In this document: piece by piece, positions 61,131-64,000 of the stretch | Layout of the letters: each line of letters starts with the position of its first letter | How positions within the stretch are numbered: position 1 is the first letter of the stretch | Assembly: GCA_963775425.1 (NCBI GenBank) | Contig: CAVZJB010000005.1 | Span: 288,001-352,000, forward strand | From: an uncultured delta proteobacterium | Lineage (GTDB): Bacteria > Myxococcota > UBA727 > VGSZ01 | DNA: 64,000 nt | Direction: 5' to 3' | The notes under the pieces: model-generated | What the model was told of the DNA's origin: nothing | What the model saw: the letters and a program-made list of their open reading frames with translations, nothing else | The model's database searches: none | Translations under genes and position numbers: made by a program

Positions 61131-62234
61131 ATGACATCGCACGCGGTCGAGCGACTTCACAAAGACCTCCGGAAGCTGAAGCACGCAGAGCACACGCGGG
61201 ACCAGGAGGCGCGGAAGCTCCACAAGGACGAGCGCGCCGGGAAACACGAGCACAACGTCGCTGTTCACCAGCACGACGCCTTCGAGAAGAGCAAGAAGGC
61301 CCTCGGCAAGGAGCGCGACGTCCTCGGGAAGCTGCGCACGGCCGAGCAAAGGAAGCTCTCCACCATCGACACCCAGCGCACGCCGCTCCAGCAGCAGTAC
61401 GACGCCAGCGTCGATCCGCTGACGGGCCAGGGAGATCCCGCGCTGCAGCTCCAGCTCGACGCGCTCGATCAGCGCGAGGCCGGCGTGCACGCGCAGATGG
61501 ATCCGAAGATCGGCGCCGACCAAAACAAGGTGCAGTCGTTGCGTCAGGAGGTCGATCGCCATCGAATGGCGGCGCACACCGCCCGCGATGCGGTGAAGAA
61601 GGCGCGGGCGGCGGCCAAGAAGGACACGCACGTGCTCGAGCACGACAGGGCCGCGGTGAAGCGCGATCGCCAGCACGCGAAGAAGGACCTGCTGCCCGCC
61701 GAATACAAGATGGGCCTCAAGGGCACGAACCAAGCGCGCGAAGCGCTCGGGATGCACAAGGTCAACCACGTCATTCGTCCCCACGAAAAGCTCGACAAGG
61801 CCGTCAGCATCGCCAAGCACGCCGTCGAGCTCCAGGCGCGGACCCACAGCTACGACTACACGCAGGCGTACGGCGCGCGCACCAACAACGGCCGCGGCCC
61901 GACGACGCGGGGCGGCAACGGCCGCATCACCTTCGACTGCTCGGGCTTCGTCGGCTCCGTCTACAAGGCGGCGGGGCTGCCGTCGCCGTACACGGTCGGC
62001 TACACGGGCACGAGCTTCGACGTGGCCGCGTGCAAGAACATGCAGAAGGTCTCCGAGAAGCACGCCAAGCCGGGCGACGTCGTCGTGTTCCCCGACCACA
62101 TCGCGCTCTACATCGGCCACGGCAAATGCATCAGCATGGGGCAGGAGGGCGACCCGAAGACCGTCAGCGTCGCCGCCGAGGCCGCCTACAACAACCGCGG
62201 CATCGAGGGCTTCTATCACCCGAAGGGCGCGTAG
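61131..62234 (+). CDS. NlpC/P60 peptidoglycan endopeptidase with a His/Lys-rich coiled-coil N-terminus; no signal peptide
   Basis: FDCSGFV (Cys), PGDVVVF.DHIALYIG (His). Confidence 0.88.
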   Translation: MTSHAVERLHKDLRKLKHAEHTRDQEARKLHKDERAGKHEHNVAVHQHDAFEKSKKALGKERDVLGKLRTAEQRKLSTIDTQRTPLQQQYDASVDPLTGQGDPALQLQLDALDQREAGVHAQMDPKIGADQNKVQSLRQEVDRHRMAAHTARDAVKKARAAAKKDTHVLEHDRAAVKRDRQHAKKDLLPAEYKMGLKGTNQAREALGMHKVNHVIRPHEKLDKAVSIAKHAVELQARTHSYDYTQAYGARTNNGRGPTTRGGNGRITFDCSGFVGSVYKAAGLPSPYTVGYTGTSFDVAACKNMQKVSEKHAKPGDVVVFPDHIALYIGHGKCISMGQEGDPKTVSVAAEAAYNNRGIEGFYHPKGA

Positions 62235-62258
62235 CCACGGGCCGCCGCGAGCGCGCGG

Positions 62259-62398
62259 TTACGGCACCACGGTCATCACGCCGAGCTGCGCAGCCGAGAA
62301 GTCGAGCCGCTCGCCTCCGTCACGCCCGCCTCGAAGATGCGACCGAAGATGAGCTCGCTCGCCGCGCCCGCCTGCACCGTGGTCGCCCCCGGGAACTG
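62259..62398 (-). pseudogene. gene remnant (two domain ends joined out of frame)
   Basis: QFPGATTVQAGAASELIFGRIFEAGVTEAS in one frame continues as LDFSAAQLGVMTVVP* in another; no start codon. Confidence 0.45.
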
Positions 62399-62520
62399 CG
62401 CGCGCACCCGTCGAGGCGCTCGCGCTCGTGGCGTCGTCAATCGCAAACCGGTGCGCAGTCGAGCGGGCGGGTGGCGCGCGGTGCGCTCGCGGCTCGGTCG
62501 ACGAGGCTCGCCGGCGCACT

Positions 62521-63747
62521 CTACTGCCGGCCGCGCCCGCTCTCGATGAGCGCGGCGGCGCGCTCCGCTCCCTGCGACGCGGCCAGCGCCGCGCCGAGCT
62601 CTCGCGCACGCGCGCGCATGTCGTCGTCGGCGAAGACGCGGGTGAGGGCACCCGCCAGCGCAGCCGCGGAGAAGCGCACGCGCAGCGGTTGCGGGGCGAC
62701 GCCGATCGCGTGGACGCGCGCAGCCCAGTGGTGTTGGTCGAACATGTGCGGCACCACGATCTGAGGCACGGCCGCGCGCGCCGCCTGCGCCGTCGTGCCG
62801 GCGCCGCCGTGGTGGACCACGGCCGCACATCGGGGAAAGAGGCGCCGGTGGTCGAGCGCGCCCTCGACGACGAACGTCGCCGCCGAGCGCACGCCCGCGC
62901 CGATGCCGCCCCACCCGGCGCCGATGACCGCGCGACACCCCACGCGCGCGAGCGCCTCCTGAACGACGCGCGACGTGTGCGCCGGGTCGCGCGCCGGCAT
63001 GGAGCCGAAGCTGATGAACACCGGCGGCGCGCCCGCGTCGAGGAACGCCTCCAGCTCGTCGGACAGCGGCGGGCCGTCGTCGAAGTACCAGAAACCCGTG
63101 GCGTGCACCGCGTAGCGGCTCCAGTCGCGCGGCACCGGCGCCACGCGCTCGTCGAAGGCGCACAGCATGGTGCCCTTCTTCAGCGCGCTTTCGCCGACGA
63201 GGGAGGTGACGGTGTCGAGGCCGTGCCTCGCGCGCTCTTCGTTGACAATCCGCAGGAGCGCGAGGTTGGCGGCGGCCACATAGACGCGCCACCCGAGCGG
63301 CCACAGGAGGCGGGGCATGCGCGGGTGGCCGAACATGGGCGGCCACACCTCGCTGCTCGGCAGCACTTGCGGGAAGTAGGCGGCGCCGAAGTACGGCAGG
63401 CCGTTGCGCTCGGCGACGGTCTGACCGGCGGCGAGGAGCGCGGTGCCCACGAGGACGTCGGCGCCCGCGCAAGCCTCCTCGAGGAACGCGAACTGTCGCC
63501 GCACTTCGACGCGCGCGAGCTTGAGGAAGGTGACGGGGTTGGCGATGCCGGCGCCCTCGTCCCGCATCATCGCCTGCGGATCGCCGCCGCCCTCGCAGTA
63601 GCGGGCGCCGGTGGCCTCCGCGAGGGCGCGGAAGTTGGGCGACACGCAGAGCGTGACCTCGTGCCCGCGGCGCAGCAGCGCGGCGGCGAGCCCCAGCATG
63701 GGTTGGACGTCGCCACGGGTGCCGACGGGGGCGAGGACGACGCGCAC
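62521..63747 (-). CDS. GT1/GT28-type UDP-glycosyltransferase
   Basis: GTRGDVQP, PPVFISFGSM, VVHHGGAGTT, VPQIVVPHMFDQ..WA. Confidence 0.92.
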   Translation of the reverse strand: MRVVLAPVGTRGDVQPMLGLAAALLRRGHEVTLCVSPNFRALAEATGARYCEGGGDPQAMMRDEGAGIANPVTFLKLARVEVRRQFAFLEEACAGADVLVGTALLAAGQTVAERNGLPYFGAAYFPQVLPSSEVWPPMFGHPRMPRLLWPLGWRVYVAAANLALLRIVNEERARHGLDTVTSLVGESALKKGTMLCAFDERVAPVPRDWSRYAVHATGFWYFDDGPPLSDELEAFLDAGAPPVFISFGSMPARDPAHTSRVVQEALARVGCRAVIGAGWGGIGAGVRSAATFVVEGALDHRRLFPRCAAVVHHGGAGTTAQAARAAVPQIVVPHMFDQHHWAARVHAIGVAPQPLRVRFSAAALAGALTRVFADDDMRARARELGAALAASQGAERAAALIESGRGRQ

Positions 63748-64000
63748 GTGAAGAGCATGGCACGAAGGCGCGCCGCGGCGGGTGGTGCGCCTTGGCGCAA
63801 GGCGCCGGACATCGACTCCGCGCAGGAGGGAAGCGGCAGGCGTGCCGGCACGTGCGCCAGGCCCGTCGCCGGTGCGCTGACACCGAGACGTCGAAGCGGA
63901 AGATGGAGCGGTGTCGCTGTGGCGACTTCGCAGCGGTGTGGAGGGCTCTCGTGCGCACCGGCACTGACCCTATTCCGCTATGCGGATCACTTCTCTAGGG

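Noticed and set aside
63750-64000. Lower-GC right edge as a possible IS end or RNA gene
   Set aside because: No inverted-repeat partner, transposase or recognisable tRNA/ncRNA structure within the window

Overview
A very GC-rich, gene-dense bacterial window. Its gene content points to Myxococcota or a related predatory deltaproteobacterium (inference): an MglA-type GTPase, a MYXO-CTERM protein, Myxococcus Cys-rich repeats, a giant TPR protein, a Hanks kinase and VIT-vWA. I call about 50 CDS and found no rRNA, tRNA, CRISPR array or transposase. The best candidate for an undescribed system is the co-directional, partly translationally coupled minus-strand cluster at 36203-43451. It encodes a divergent pyruvate-kinase-like domain that lacks the regulatory C-domain and is fused behind a toxin-like H...AG...SGHF domain, a HIT protein, two unknown proteins, a CYTH enzyme and a Ppx/GppA-like (ASKHA) enzyme with apyrase-like motifs. 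Several of these carry Arg-rich, low-complexity N-terminal leaders without a Sec signal. Other notable items are a lipopeptide whose mature part is almost pure (Gly-Glu)31, with two further GE-linker proteins; a dispersed GATC-anchored REP-like repeat; a ~100-nt intergenic hairpin; a 9x Notch/LNR-like repeat lipoprotein; a cell-wall hydrolase neighbourhood; two single-base frameshifts; and two internal-deletion gene remnants. All family assignments come from motif recognition by eye, with no database search.
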